The notes: generated from the letters alone by a model not told the origin. A DNA stretch of 64,000 nucleotides from Marsupella aquatica (GCA_973895155.1 OZ316892.1:20347869-20411868), one strand, 5' to 3'; shown: positions 11,008 through 24,940, counted from the stretch's first letter. Program-made: numbers and translations.

Positions 11008-14000
11008 TAGCACCATAATTTAAAGGGTTATTTCATTTTCACCATGGTAGCCACTTTGGTTGTGTTGCTTCGCTAGCTTGCCTTAGGGAAACTTGGCTGG
11101 ATCAGGTAGTATCACACACATCTCGCTTGGGTTGAGATCATTGATTGTCAGCAAACTGGCAGTGTACTTACTTTGACCTTTGGCTGTTTGTTTTGTTGGT
11201 ATTCTTTGGCATTACGACATTTGTTTGAAGCGTGTCTTGGCAATTTGGTGTGTTTTCTCAGTGAGCCACTAGTATTTGCAGCACTGATTTTTGGATGTCA
11301 TTGGGCTCATTGTTCTTCAAAACAACAACAACAAAATTAAACCATCAGATTTTGGCTAATGGGGTATGTGACTAGGTGGGAAACTAGCTAAGGGACCATA
11401 TAAAAAAAAGGTATAGACAGACTAAGCTACAGTAATTCAACAGCCATACAACATAAACTGCCAGATCTTGGACGGCCAAATCTGGACCATCAGATCTGGT
11501 CAATAGTTTTTGAGGCAATGGCTGTACTGGCAAAAGTCAGAAATTAAATGAAGAAACATGAAACCTTGTCCTTTGTATACCCTTAATGGACTCTTGACCA
11601 CCAGCTGCTGTTGTGGCAAAATTTTCCAATAAATTTCTAGCAGGCTCAAGCCATCTAGTGCAAGCAGTGTCTAGCAATTGTAAAATTAGTGTCTGACACT
11701 TTCAACAAAAATGCACACTAGTGGCAAAATGGGGAGAATTAATATAAAGATAGACTAGTAGCAGCAATGGAAACTAGCCATTAACAACAACAACAATGTC
11801 TTTAGATCAACAGCTGGATAATAACCTCCTATGCTAAAATTTGAAATCTTGACAGCAAGGTTCCTTATCATGCCCCTGCATTGCACAATTAGCAAGGGTG
11901 AGGCACGGATGGTCAGGCAAGGGGCAGAGGTCCAGGCCAAGGCAAGGATAGTGAGGCAGAGGGTGTGCCAGGAAGCAGGGAATGGGCTTTTTTGGCCATC
12001 AAACAGTGTCAAATATTTTTTGTCAATGCCTTCCATCGTTTGGTCCTTCATATGACAATTTGTTAATAGATGGTTGCTACAGCAGTCTCCCTAGGAAATC
12101 AGCCATTGTCACAAACTAGCATCAACAATTCCAGCCATGACATGAGTCCTCTTATTCAACAGTGAAAGTGTTGATGCTTTGAGCAAGACTATGTTTATCA
12201 TGGCTTGTAGCAGGGATATTGAATTGATTTGAATAGCAGAGATTCACTATTTGGGGGCCAGGAATCAAATAACACCATTGCAAAAGAACCAGTCAGATTT
12301 CAAATCCAACAGAATGGCTGGCTCAAGGTAAACGTATCAAAGCAATACTTACGAGAGTGAATCAGTAAGAGCATAAGCCAGGGGCATTTGAGAATGAATC
12401 CTAGAAGAGGTAAATATATATTGATAAATATGCATGAAATGGGAGGTCCAAGTATATGTCTGACTAGAACAACAAGTTTATTGAAATCCAATCAGGCCAA
12501 GGGTCAACTACGTACAAAGACTTCCCCTTAAAACTCCACAGATCAGAACAGATAACGTATATATATAGAGTAAATAATCTTGAAGCAGGCCAAGGGTCAA
12601 CTATTCACCTCTATTTACACTCACACACCCAAAAGTGAGGTACCGCAGTCGCCTTTTAAACTTTTTGCAGGGTGAGCTATATGTACAACTGAACAGAATT
12701 TGAAGCTCTCATTGACATTCCCTTTCCCAAAACTTGAGTTTAATTGTACTAACCTGATATCCATGAATTCAAATATTTGTTGGTTTTGGGGATATGCTAG
12801 ATGAGACTTAGGTAATTTCACTTCCATTTTAGTTAAGTTTCCATCAAGAAATGCGGAGGATGCCATTACATTAATTTTATTGTTTTGTATGAAATAACTG
12901 GGTTTGTGTTTTTTTATGTCACCTCTCTAGGTGCAAAACTACAAATTATTTGTAGGACTGATAATGATCAGTGTGACTGTCCAACATGAAGGTCCATCCT
13001 GGTTTCAGTTTCTCAAACCTGCACATCAAGATCCCTCACATCAGCAAATTGTTGAACTGAGAAATTGGTCTCGATAAAAGTGCGACAGCAATTGAAAAAA
13101 TGCGTGACCCACATGTCTGAACACTTGGCTAAACTTGGTCTAGCCCTGGCCCCAGCCTCTCGGAAACTGCACTAATATTGGACCTGGTGCTCATCATATA
13201 CTATATTAGCTGCTTACACAAATTTTCAAGGGAGGGTTAATAAAGTCTGAAAGTCCTCTGATTCCCTGTGAGTTCCATAATCTAGCCAACATGTTAATAT
13301 AGGCACGCTGCAATAGGAGGTTCAACTCTCAAAATTTGATAGATCTTAATTTACTAGCTAAAGTTATGGACTACCGGATACATTATCCATAACTTTTTGC
13401 CGTTGGTTACAGACGCTAGTAAAAAAAAGGAAATATAATTTTCACGTAGCCGCGTGAAAAACCCATGATGACTATAAAGCTTAGTTTGTGAAACCCTAAT
13501 AAAGTAAACATAATATCCATGAGTGAACTTCTTACTTTTCCTTAACAGGCTTGTTGCATAACCTTACTTCCTAATTGACTGTTCAGAAGAGTTCCTTTCA
13601 GACTAATCCAGTATGCAAACAGCACATAGCCACATCTTACTAATAAGGCGCCATCAAAACCTAATATTAAAGGCTACTGTCTAGGATGAAGCCTTTAGAC
13701 CCTGACTCTAAGCTGATGGGGGCCAACAAGGCAACACGGAAGTTATTTTTGAAGATATTTTTTGTCTCATAGCCTACACAGTGTTCAAGCCTTCAAGGAA
13801 TGGGTAATCAGCGTAATCTGGCTAACTATAACCAAATCTGCTATATAAAATTCTTCGAGCAGATAGAAACTGGCAGAGTTCCAACATAGCTTGAAGATGA
13901 TAGACCAGGAACATGACATGTACAAACGTCGTACAGGGACGACATATATATCAAGAGCTTTTGTGCGACTGTAGATCGCTCTGGAGAGCAATAATCAATA

Positions 14001-16200
14001 TTTCAATGGCTCCCTCAAACTATTACCTGTCCCACAAAAGAACCACCCTTAACATCAATAGGGTAGTTGCCTACAACATTGACCCCCAAATCGATGCAAC
14101 ATTGAATACCTGACAGGCATAGCTATTTATGGGGCGACATACCTTCACTATTTCTCTACCTGTGCCAAAGAGAGCTTCTGCGTTTTGGGAAGACCGCCAC
14201 GACGCCAAAATGTACACTTGTACAGGAGAGTTCGTCGTTGGGCGGGCTGCTTGCAGTGAACGCTGGCTCTGGTTAAATACCGAATCACATCAAAACAATG
14301 AAAATAGATGTGAGTTTCCCGTTACACACTTGTTCGGGAAGTGACGAGGGCAAGCAGTAACCCTCCATAGGGATTGGGGAAAATTGTACAAGCCTTGCCT
14401 TGCAATTTGCAATTGAGCTCCATTAAATTGCTGAGTGAAGTACTGTCCTGTGCATACTAGCCCATTTGGCCAGACAAATCATTACAGGAAGGAACTGGTC
14501 GTCTAGAGTACAGAAGCACGGACACTGAACAGTCATGGAGCGGGTGACATATAAACAGACTTTAATCACACGCTTGACTAGTACAGTAGGTGCCTCGGGG
14601 GGTCGGAGAACGATCTTTGTGTCACGTTTGATGACAGTGATGCTCACTCATTCCTCGCAAGAAGACGTTCTCGGACGGCGATCCGACGAACGACGACGGC
14701 AGAGGAGATTGCAGTTGACGGATTGCTTGGGTCATGGTGATTGGTTCCTGTTGGCAGTGCCAACAGATCGCGGAGGGAAACAGCCGATGCGAGAGTACGG
14801 TAGCAAGCTCACGGGACTTGGGACTCGGGACTCGGGTCTCGGGTCTTGGAAGCGAATGACTGAAAGAGGGCTGCGGACTTTGCGGAGGTAGTGTGTTCAA
14901 AGTCCGAATCGGAGGGAGGGAGAGAGTGTTCCAAGCATTTATACCGCGATCCATCAGAATTCCCATTTTGTCTTCAGCTGTTGGATTCGCTGCCAGGAGA
15001 CGTCAGGACTAGAAGCTGATTACAAGACAATAATTTATAGTAGTTGATACTGTCATAGTTGCTCGCCTTCTGCTGTGCTTTTACACTGGATTCATCTTCC
15101 GGATTCCAGAGCTGGACAGTGGCGTAGTGGGCGTTTGGAGAGTTTGTAGAAGTGAGCTGAGCTAGGCAGGAAGAGCAGTTCAGCTCAGCTCAGCTTCACA
15201 CTCTCTGTCGGGTCTTTGGTTGTGAAGTACTCGAGAGTGGAACGAGAAAGTGGTTGGATTCGCTGGATTCGCTCAGGACTCGTTGAGCTCCAGGTCCCGT
15301 CTTGCTGCGCGGCATCCATTGCGTTGCTTTGCAGGTACTTTCTTGTAAATGTGCTCAATGTAGACAGTGGTCGGCTGGTTACTAGCCAGGTTCTCACTTC
15401 TGTCTAGCTGACAGTTTCTTCGAGAGTCAGCGAGAACACACTCAACTCAACCTGCTCTATTAACTCGAAACGCGCTACGCTGTAACTTTCAATGCGTCAT
15501 GAAGTAGAGCAGCTATGCTGCGTAATGCATATCCTCTTGACCCCGGAATTCGTGCGTTTATGTCAGTCGTCTTATTGTTTGGAACCTCTTATTGAGGTCA
15601 AACTTATTAGGTAGTCTCATCAGGCGATGCCTTGGTCGGACCGTTTCACATGTCTGATTTCTGTACAGTACCTGGTACGAGTCATTGGTATTATTCCGCT
15701 TCGCATTGGACTGAACTTTCCAAAATAAGACAACTAGGCTGTTCGAAGGTAGTCCTGCCTTCGCTAGGCCTACGCTCCTCGAACTTCGCGCACGCAGAAA
15801 ATTACTTAGTTCTCCATGAATAAAAGTTAAAATATAACTCTAGTGAGCTCCATAGACAAGAATAGCTTCAACTGTCAATGCCTTACTCTCAGCTCTGGAG
15901 GACTCATCTCAGATAGGTGGCAATGCTATGACTGATCATATATTTTGGTAGGACCCAGCTTAAATGCTCTGGTAGTCATTGTTACTGTTGCCTCTCCTTA
16001 ACATGCTTGTGTGTTGAATGCTATGTGACATCAGGTGTGAATTGTGGTAGACACTGCACATTGGGGCGCTTTGAGCACAGGTGGGCGGAGTTGGAATTTG
16101 ATGAAGATGTGAGTGACAGAGAGGGGTTCGACTGTTTTAATATCCCTACCGAGCAGGTCGCAGCAGGCTCTTATATCATACTTTGAGGCAGAACTTCAAG

Positions 16201-17211
16201 ATGTCGTCCGTCACAGGGATTTTGATCCCCTGCGCCTTGCTTATAGCTATGCAGCTGATTGCGAAGGCTCCTGGCTTGAAAGGTGAAGTGTTTGCCGTAG
16301 GAGGAGCAGCAGGATGGACTGTGCCCCACCAAGGCATGGTGAATTACACGGAATGGGCTGCAATGCTGTCGAGCCTAAATGTCGGAGACACCCTACGTAC
16401 GTGCACTCAACTCGTTTTCCTTATGTGGTTTTCTAATCAGCCCCTGATTTCAGTTGCGATGAGAGCTGAATTCTGGCTTCCTGACTTTCAAGCCGTTTAG
16501 AGCATGCGTGCTTACCCATAACTGCTGCCATGTGGCAACTTTCTCGAACGGTAGTTCATAGCTCATTTTTGAGGTTGGAATTTTAGCAAGTCCAGGAATT
16601 GTTTTGTGAGGTGATCGTTGTTCTGATGAGTAATGAATGTGTCGCTTTCTGGGTTTAGCGTTGCTTTTATTCTCTGGTCCACTGCTACAATTTCAGTAAG
16701 TTCTTAGTTACTTTATGACTCATGAATCCGGTTGGAACATCGTTGCCTTTGTGCAGTGTTTACCTACCCAGCTGGCGAGCACAACGTTGTACAGGTTGTG
16801 CAGGAGGATTTTAACAGATGTAGAGCGACAAACCCGATTGCAATCTTCACCGATGGCCAGACTCTCGTGAACCTCCCAAAAGAAGGCCAATACTGGTTCA
16901 TTTGTGGGTTCAGGAACCACTGTTCTGCTGGTCAGAAGTTTGTGATAGATGTGATCAACCTCCCTACTGGCCGGGTTCCAGCTCCAGCTCCCTCTGCTGG
17001 GGATGGCAGTCCCCCACATGGAGGATCCGGTGTTGGCCCCGCGGCAGCGTATGCACCGTCCCAGAGTCTCAGCATAAGTCCCCTTCCTGGTGCATCTGGC
17101 CCTTTGCCATTTCCCTACAGTTCTGCACCCCACTCTCTACTTCATCAGGAGCGATCCATCATAGTGTCGCTATTCTTATTCGCGCTCACCGGCATTCTGG
17201 CGGTCTTTTGA
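16201..17211 (+). CDS. Phytocyanin (stellacyanin-type blue copper protein), secreted and probably GPI-anchored
   Basis: Exon 1 16201-16396 (signal peptide, FAVGGAAGW, NYTEWA, VGDTL; donor C|gtacgt) and exon 2 16757-17211 (tgcag|TG TTT). Copper ligands are H (HNV), C (FIC), H (NHC) and axial Q (GQK), followed by a Pro/Ala/Ser-rich linker and a hydrophobic C-terminus. Confidence 0.95.
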
Positions 17212-20029
17212 GCGGCAGACGATTTCTTTTTCCCGGAACTGTCACACGGACATGATGACTGAGAGCTGATGAGATCATTGTGGCTGTTCTGCACTTTTGA
17301 TTACGTCTGTATGCGGTTCAATCAATCCAAGGGCAAGGATTGTGGAGGTTGTCCTCGTCTCGCTCACGTTTCGCAGATGCTGTCCTTTCGTTTTTGGATC
17401 CTCATGGCCGATGAGGACAGCGGACGAGGACATATTTTTGACAGCCCACGCGTGTGAAATTCGGTTTTCATCACGCAAACGGCACGGACTAATGTGTAAG
17501 ATAGTTTTGAGCACCCATGTAGGTACTGTAGTTGGGGATATCAGGTGGACAGAAGTGCAGGATTATCAATTGTTGCCATACTATTGCTTTTCATTCGCTC
17601 TTCGGAGCAACAGAAGTTAGGCTGTTTGGGTTGGCTATGTATGTTAGCCACGAACTCGCCTCCAACGGCAGTATATGAACATCAAGGACGCAATGTCGGA
17701 TGAATGTAAAAGCATTGAACTAAGTTAAATTCCTTTTGCCCAGCTAACTTGCGGTTTCTGAGCTTCCATCGTCTCTTCCCTAAACCAAACCTGTACTTCG
17801 TTCTCTTCGTGTGTTTCGTGGTTCTCATGTCATGAATTTAGTTTTAGTTTTAAACCCGGGGCCTGGTTTTCATGTGGCACGCTGGGGCAGTTCATTGCTT
17901 TCTCCTATTCACATGTGATTTTCTCATTCTGATGTAGACCTTCCACAAGTTGTTCTAGCCCCCTTTCGATCGTGTTCATACTTTTGGTCTTGGCCCATTC
18001 GGTCGAATCCTAACACTTTCAATTTCGACTTCGATTGTATCTTCTCAACAAATTATTATATGCAATTTCACAGCCACTGCCTTCTCTTGCCTCTCCGAAG
18101 CTACCCTCTGTCCCCATCACCGTACGACTACACCGTCCGTCTTCACTTATTCCACCTGCGCCATTTAGATGAACCCTTAATTTCTTTTTTGAAGCGGTGC
18201 TTTCTGATCAGCTTTTGGCTCGTCCCGTAACAAATTCCCTCCAGAACTATGCCCCATTCGGTGCATCCATGTCCAGAAGTTCTTCCTGGAGCCGGCAGTT
18301 CTTCCTGGAGCCGGCTTAGGGTCGAGCCAGTCGTGTGGTTGTGCATAGTAGCCATTACACCCTGTCCTCGACCGATAAACATGAATGTCGTCTGTTGCTG
18401 CAAGGAAGTAAGTAAAGAGTCTGGTCACTAGTGCCGCAGGTGGAATGGTTGCCAGGGACCTACCTAAATAAGGTTCCTTCGTGCAATGCACGGTATGGCA
18501 AGTCTGTAAATCTGCAATTCTTGCCAAGGTCGCTTCTGCACGCCTCGCCTGCCCTCGCCTGGCCCAGTCTATCCAGCGGGTAAGGTATGTTTTCCGATCT
18601 TAGCAGCAACAAAGAATCAAAGACAAGAATCATCTGACGACCTGCAATACGTCCGCCATTCGACGCATTTACATCCTGTCGAGATAATCGTTTCCGCTCA
18701 GCTACACATAAATCGGTCCTCGACTGTACTGGATCGACGATACTGCACATAATTATACTAGCTACTAGTCGATTGAGACAAGCCTTTCCACGGTTTCTCA
18801 CTGACATTCCCTCTGAAGCCAGCGATCCAGGACCCCAACCCTTAAAATACCCCCTACAGTTTTGTAGGTAACCGGTGCAGCCACTTCAGCCATGGTCATG
18901 ATGACTGCTTCAATTCACGGTACTGTACAGCCCTTTCCTCAGAAGAGTCCCAAGAAATTTTGTGGTGTATATCGATACTGCTCTAGCGTACCGCTCACTC
19001 ATCACTCACTCACTCCCTCACAGCAGCAGCAAGCTCACAGACTTCCATCGATCAGTCTGTTAGCCGCGCGTCTGCTGTTGTACTCGTCCTTCGCAATACT
19101 GCAGTTTGTGCCCCTCCGACGACTGACAGAATTCAGCAGCAGCACCTGTTACATAACGCAGCAGAGAGTAACACACGCCACAGATGGATTCCAACAGGAC
19201 GCTGGAAGATCTGTAATTCCTCTTCATTCACTCTGCTTCTCTGCCTGAGCTAATCAGATATCCATAATATTACAGACTGGGGCTTGGCTAGCCGACTGAC
19301 TGACTGGCCTCATCGATCAGCACGAATGATCAGATCTTCTGTTCTCGTACGTTGCCACTCTTGAGTCCATAACTCCACTCGCTGCCAATGATTCTCTCTC
19401 GAGCTGCTTCTGCTTCTATATATAAGTATAAGTGTGTGACAGACACTGGCAACGAGCCAAAGTGCCAAACCCAATTGAATTGTGGCACTTAATAGGGCTG
19501 TAGTGATTATTCATTCAGGCGACCCACGCTTACTGTTCTACTTTCAATGTTTCCAGTACAGTGGTAGCAAGGGGATTTAATTTCGAGTGGCATCTATGTA
19601 CCTTCCTTTTCGAGTTTGAGTAACTCCAATTTTGCAGCGTACCAGGGGATTTAATTATGAGCGGCAAAACCTTCAATTATCAAACTTGAAGTGGGGATGG
19701 ACCTTACACACGGTCCACGAGTCAATATGGATGGACCTCATCTTGCATCTTGCAGTCACAAGGATAGGAAAAAGATGTTAGACCTAAGGTACACCTAACC
19801 AAGTCCAAGGACCTCATTTCCAATAAACAATCCACAGGATTAATGCATCATGGTGCATTTTGTGGTTAAAACACAACCGCCCATATAAGGGGGAGGTGTC
19901 CAAGACTTCTCCCTGTTTCCAAGTTTTACTCACTACTTTTCCTTTAAGGTGAGTCTTTCCATGATTTGGGGAAAATTTAAAGACTAATCGTGAAATTGGA
20001 TCCTACGTGTAACCCATAACCCTTCAAGG

Positions 20030-20250
20030 ACAGCTGTGATTTAAGTGCAGGCCAACCATGTTGTCCCCTAATGTTACAGCAACTTCAATGTAGTTTGCAT
20101 ATTAAGTCATCTTGTGGTTATTTAAGTGCAGGCCAACCATGTAGTCCCCTTACATTACACCAACTTCATGAATGTAGTTTGCAAATTAAGTGCGGCTTGA
20201 CTCTCACTAATATTACACCAACTTCATGTGGTTTGCAATTAAGTGTACCC
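20030..20250. repeat. Degenerate tandem repeat (~83-bp unit plus partial units) inside an unclassified repeat element
   Basis: ttaagtgcaggccaaccatgt.gtcccct.a..ttaca.caacttca at ~20041 and ~20122, with further partial copies. A direct repeat cacaaggataggaaaa occurs at ~19757 and ~20548. Confidence 0.6.
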
Positions 20251-20828
20251 ATGCATTTATCAGTTACCTCAATGCCCATAGGTAAGGAACATTTCTTGAG
20301 ATGCAGCATACGATTACATGAAATAGTTTCATGCACTTATCCAGTTCAATTGGATGGTATGAGAACTCAGGCTACAAGGTGTCCAATGTGTGTAACCTGA
20401 CAACACATGAGAAAGTGCTTAATCAATTTCCATCCACTTATAGGGTAGTGCAACAATGCAAATATGGACAACTGCATGAATGATATCCAGTGCAGGCTTG
20501 GGACCTTATTTAGATTTTAACAACTGAAGATGGCCTGGACAGTCTTTCACAAGGATAGGAAAAGGTGTTCGACTGGGCTGATGCACCTGTTCTAGCTAAA
20601 TTTGGAATTATATGACTAGACATGACTTCATTGGGGTCTTACCCAATGAGATGAGCAACCCTAAGCCGTGGAAACCTTGCCACCCACCATGAGGAATGTA
20701 TTTTTGCAACTGGAGAGGATGGAGGGCCAAGTAAGGACCCTTCTCACTTTGGAAGCAGCCTTTCTATTGAAAACTTCAACGGATATTGTTCCCCAATCAT
20801 TCACTTAACATTTCTATATGAGGGGTTG

Positions 20829-20867
20829 TATTATTATTATTATTATTAACCCCCCCCCCCCCCCCCC
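20829..20867. repeat. (TAT)n microsatellite followed by a C18 homopolymer
   Basis: Directly visible. Confidence 0.9.
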
Positions 20868-21802
20868 TTATAATAGGAGTCCCCAATGTCGAGGATTTCT
20901 AGCGGTTCAGCGCCAGCGCTCTCAAGCGTTATTCTGTAGGGGTGGGGGGGGGGGTGGGGAGGGATTGTGTGAGGTAACAATTTCAGACGAATATACTGTC
21001 CGATAGAACAGAGCATTCGACTACTCATGATTCTAGGGTATTTGTACTGCTACAACAAGCTTTACTCCAATGCTGCCCAATGCAAAAGTTTTAACTTTGC
21101 ATTATGCATGAATTTTATTGGATAGAATGCCAAGTTTATGTGTTACCCATTTGAAGCACAGCCTATGGGGAAATGCCATCCACTAAATGGCTGTATTCTA
21201 ATCAAGAATCTAGAAACCATGCCACTAATTAGGCCATTTTGGGGGTTGCTGTTGTACAACGGCGACACTAATAGTAATATGCACTTTCCTATGATTCAGA
21301 AGCTGTGTGGTTTCTCTTGGCTCTCCAGTACCTCTTTATTTGTACTGTCCGAACCTACTATGCCAAACCGTGAAACAATTCATGGTTGACATAGGTCCTA
21401 GATCATACTTGAACTTAGGGTAACTCCTTACCTGATCCTAACTAGAGCCACAGTACACTCAAGTGGCTCTCTATGCTGACCAGGTGTGTTTGGCCTATTG
21501 TGATCAGTATCTCATTATTTCATCACAGGGGGCGACCTTCGGCTCAGACCATACCAAGATCCACATTCCGCCAAACTTTGCGTCTAAGCAAATTGCATCT
21601 AAAAATAGTTCAGATCAGTAAACCACAAGGGTTTATTGAACTAGCCTGACTACCCATTCCTTGAACGTAAATATAATTGAAAACAAAAAAAGTCTATACT
21701 CTTTTCCGTCTTTGCACACCTATATTTTTTATATTTGAGTCATTATATATTTTGTCCTTATTTGACCTTAAAAATAGCTTCTGTTTGCCATTATATAGTA
21801 AG

Positions 21803-21961
21803 ATATGAACTTAGATGGAGTCCCCATACACACTGTATCTCTCTGCCAAAATATCGGGAAATGTAAACCACAAGGGTTTACTAATGGTTTACTGAATATG
21901 AACTTAGGTGGAGTCCCCATACACTACTGACTGTATCTCTCTACCAAAACATCGGGAAATG
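21803..21961. repeat. Tandem duplication of a ~60-bp block
   Basis: atatgaacttag.tggagtccccatacacact...gtatctctct.ccaaaa.atcgggaaatg occurs twice. Confidence 0.8.
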
Positions 21962-23249
21962 CAACGCCCTGAGCCATTTGTTTTGTACTTATATGCTTAG
22001 CCTCTGCCATCAGATCCAATCTACAGTTCAAAATGTAGATCTAAAAAAACAATTGACAAAAAAGTTAAATATTTGGTGAAACACAGGGAAAACAAACTAT
22101 GCAATTTGCTCGGTCAAATTCAAAATTCAAAATTTGGTGGGAAGAACAGATCTGAGTTGTATGCCTTTCTCATCTCCAGAAATCTCATTCGTCCACCTTA
22201 GTAGCCAACCTTCATCTCAAAAGGAAGATCTCAAATGGGATCTACATATGGGTTTTATCCTTTTTGAAAATTTATGACGAATATATCTCAAATGAAAAAT
22301 AAAATTTGATCAAAACCTTGGTAGTGGTAAATTTTTGCCGCTTCTGAAAATCTTTACTGTCCATTGCTTATTGCATCTAAAAATGTTTTCTGTCACATCA
22401 GAAGGCAATCTATGGCACAAACAAAAGATCTTGACAGGGTCTACAGCTTGGGATTTTCCATTTTAACCATGAGCAAGCATTTTTGAAGATTTTTTTTTTT
22501 TAATTTTGCATTTTTCTCCTGTTCCTCCTGCCCCACCCTTCTATTCTATGCGCACTGCTCAGCAATTAAACCACACCTACCACTATAAAAGTCTCATTCC
22601 ATGTCTCACTATTCACCATAAAAAAATATTAGCACTTTTTGTGGAGTACTTGCCAACGCCCATTTCTGAACTTGTACTCTTTAGAATGAGAGCTAGGGGT
22701 TACCTGTAGCCCTTTATAGGGGCAGGTGTGGTTTAAGGAAGTCTCATGGGAAGTGAGTGGGAGAGTCTGGGTAGGTCCACTGCTCCCCTTTCATGGTTTC
22801 ACCTGTGGTTGACAACATAGAACTAAAACAAAAACAAAAACAGTCATACTTGAGCAACATAGATTACCACCACTTTAGTCCAATTCAAAAGCCTGATTGG
22901 GTGGAGTCACAACTTTGACTGAAGGTATGGGGTTGATTGATTGTTTCCTATTGTATGTACCAAACGGCGAAGTGTTCACAGAAAAGTACTGAGCCACCTC
23001 GCATCGACCACAACGAACCGTAAGTGGAGGCAAAACCATAAAAGTGTTCGTTTTCTGAGTCACATTAATACCTTTAGGAAAGTGACAAGGCATTTGCCTT
23101 GCCGTCGAGGTACATTTTGATGACGTAAAAGTCATGTCAGTTCAACATTCTGTTGTTGTAGACCAGATCTAAGGATCTTTCCTGCTTTTTCCATAGAATC
23201 AATCTCAAGATCTTTCCTGCCTTTTCCTTAGTTAAACCGTTGAAGACTA

Positions 23250-24940
23250 AGTTGAGTCAAAGAACAAATACACAAATCTGCCCTGAGCATTACGCTCGAT
23301 AACTGCACCTACTGCAAAATACAAACGGAAACGTCTGGGAGGCATTTCAAATCTCGTAATCTACTTGTGATATCAGCACCGGGCATTGGCGTAAAGATGC
23401 CAACCAGAATGTTGAAAATTGTGTTCAATAGATGAGCGATCCGGCTTACAGTGGCCAGCCACAAGGAATACCACATTACACCAAGCACTGGGCAACGTGC
23501 AGGTGGTAATTATAATCCATGCAAGGAAACTGACCTTCAAACTTGAGGTGGTCTGCAAGAACCGGTCTCCAGAAATTATTTTTAAGACTCTAAATTGTAA
23601 CAGACAAGGTGTCTGAATTCTCGACTACAATTAGTCGAGATTCTTCACTCTCAGATTGGGTTGGAATAACTCAAAATCGTCCATGGCATGAGACAGATGT
23701 CTGTTTGCTGTAAGTCCTAAACTGTTTAATCTGCCTTGGTGATCAGGTCGTGATTGTAATTAAGGGATTCAGAATCGTGATCTTAATTAAGGGAAAAGAT
23801 CGTCAAACTGAGGAGAAAGTGAGGCTAAAAGCGTCACAATCTTTTCGAAAGCAAAGCATTTTGCTTGTAGAATTGGTGGCCCATTCGGTGGTGATCCTCA
23901 AGCACTTGCTTCATCTACAATCTGTTAATTCAGGAGCTACAACAGAGTCTTCATTTCAACTGTAATAGCTGCCTCAACTGGGACTTGATCGAGAAAAGTA
24001 GCAGGTCAATGTTGGCCATTGTAAACCACTGCCTCTGTAACTGAGACGGGGACATTCTTCCCCGCTGTGAACTGTACTAGCCATCAAGCCAGATCCAATA
24101 CCAGCAGCCACGGTGTTGGACGATTCTGCCTCTTCAGAGCTGAGGACCTGTGGGCCCAGCTATGTCCTTATGCATTTCCTCCCACGCGGAACAGGATTTG
24201 ATGTCGCTACTGTCTCCTTCTGAAGTCGCGATCAGCTTCTCAGCCTCCTCTGCCAACTTCCTCACCGGCAGCCCTCCTTCTTATCAGCACGTCAGTAAAA
24301 TTGCGGTTGTATGGTCTCCAACCTAAACCACTGAATTTTTCTATCTTCGAACCTGAGTCTTATCAAATTAAGTTTGATGAGATTCATCTCATACTCCCCC
24401 CACCCAGCCCTTTTCTTCTTTGATTCCCAGCCTGGACTCCCGTCTGAACTAGTGTAACTCCCTGGTCTTCACCCAGCCTTGGCATTGTGTAGGTCTAAAG
24501 GGCTTTTGCAGATCCGTAGAGGCTGAGTGGTGTCAAACTCTTGCTATGAATCATGAACTAATAGCTCTATGAAGACCTCAAAAGAAAACGGGGAGCGTAT
24601 CACAAGATGAGGCCGGATCTAGAGAAAAACCTGATGAGAGATTAAGTTGCAGTTCGGGGACTACCCTCCAAAAGAATCAATCCACGTTGAGAAAATTTTA
24701 AGGTAGCCTTGCGTTTCAACAATTCGTTTAGTTGCCATTCTAGCAGTCATTCGCACTTGCCAGTAGGAACTCTTCAATCTGCGAATCGGTCTCGTTTCTT
24801 GCCTGCCCTTTTCAACAGAGTAGGGTAGGAAAGAAGAAACGTTCGCAATCCTTCAAAGCACAGGGCCATAATTTATTGTAGATCATCATCTGTATCCACT
24901 AGTATGTTATTTGCTTGCGATGCAAAACATAGCCACTCCC
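23250..24940 (-). mobile_element. Degenerate L1-like LINE fragment (ORF1 region), same family as 40926-42150
   Basis: 24598-24935 (-) aligns by eye with 41084-41460 (+), e.g. tggctatgttttgcatc.caagcaaa.aacatact...gatacagatgatg and atggc.ctgtgcttt.aaggat. The downstream LIRLRFEDRKIQWFRLETIQPQF resembles the region before the zinc knuckle of plant L1 ORF1. The left boundary is approximate. Confidence 0.55.

Noticed and set aside
11500-12200. hAT-like transposase fragment (LLDTACTRWL)
   Set aside because: A single short motif, with no supporting domains or termini identified.
15160-15185. miR408-like complementary stretches (also at ~18073-18093)
   Set aside because: They need two gaps or several central mismatches, and are explained by purine-rich composition.
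19255-19313. Minus-strand small ORF MRPVSQSASQ resembling the SAC51/SACL uORF start
   Set aside because: Similarity is limited to VSQSA, which derives from a (CAGT)n repeat. The conserved C-terminus and a downstream bHLH ORF are absent.
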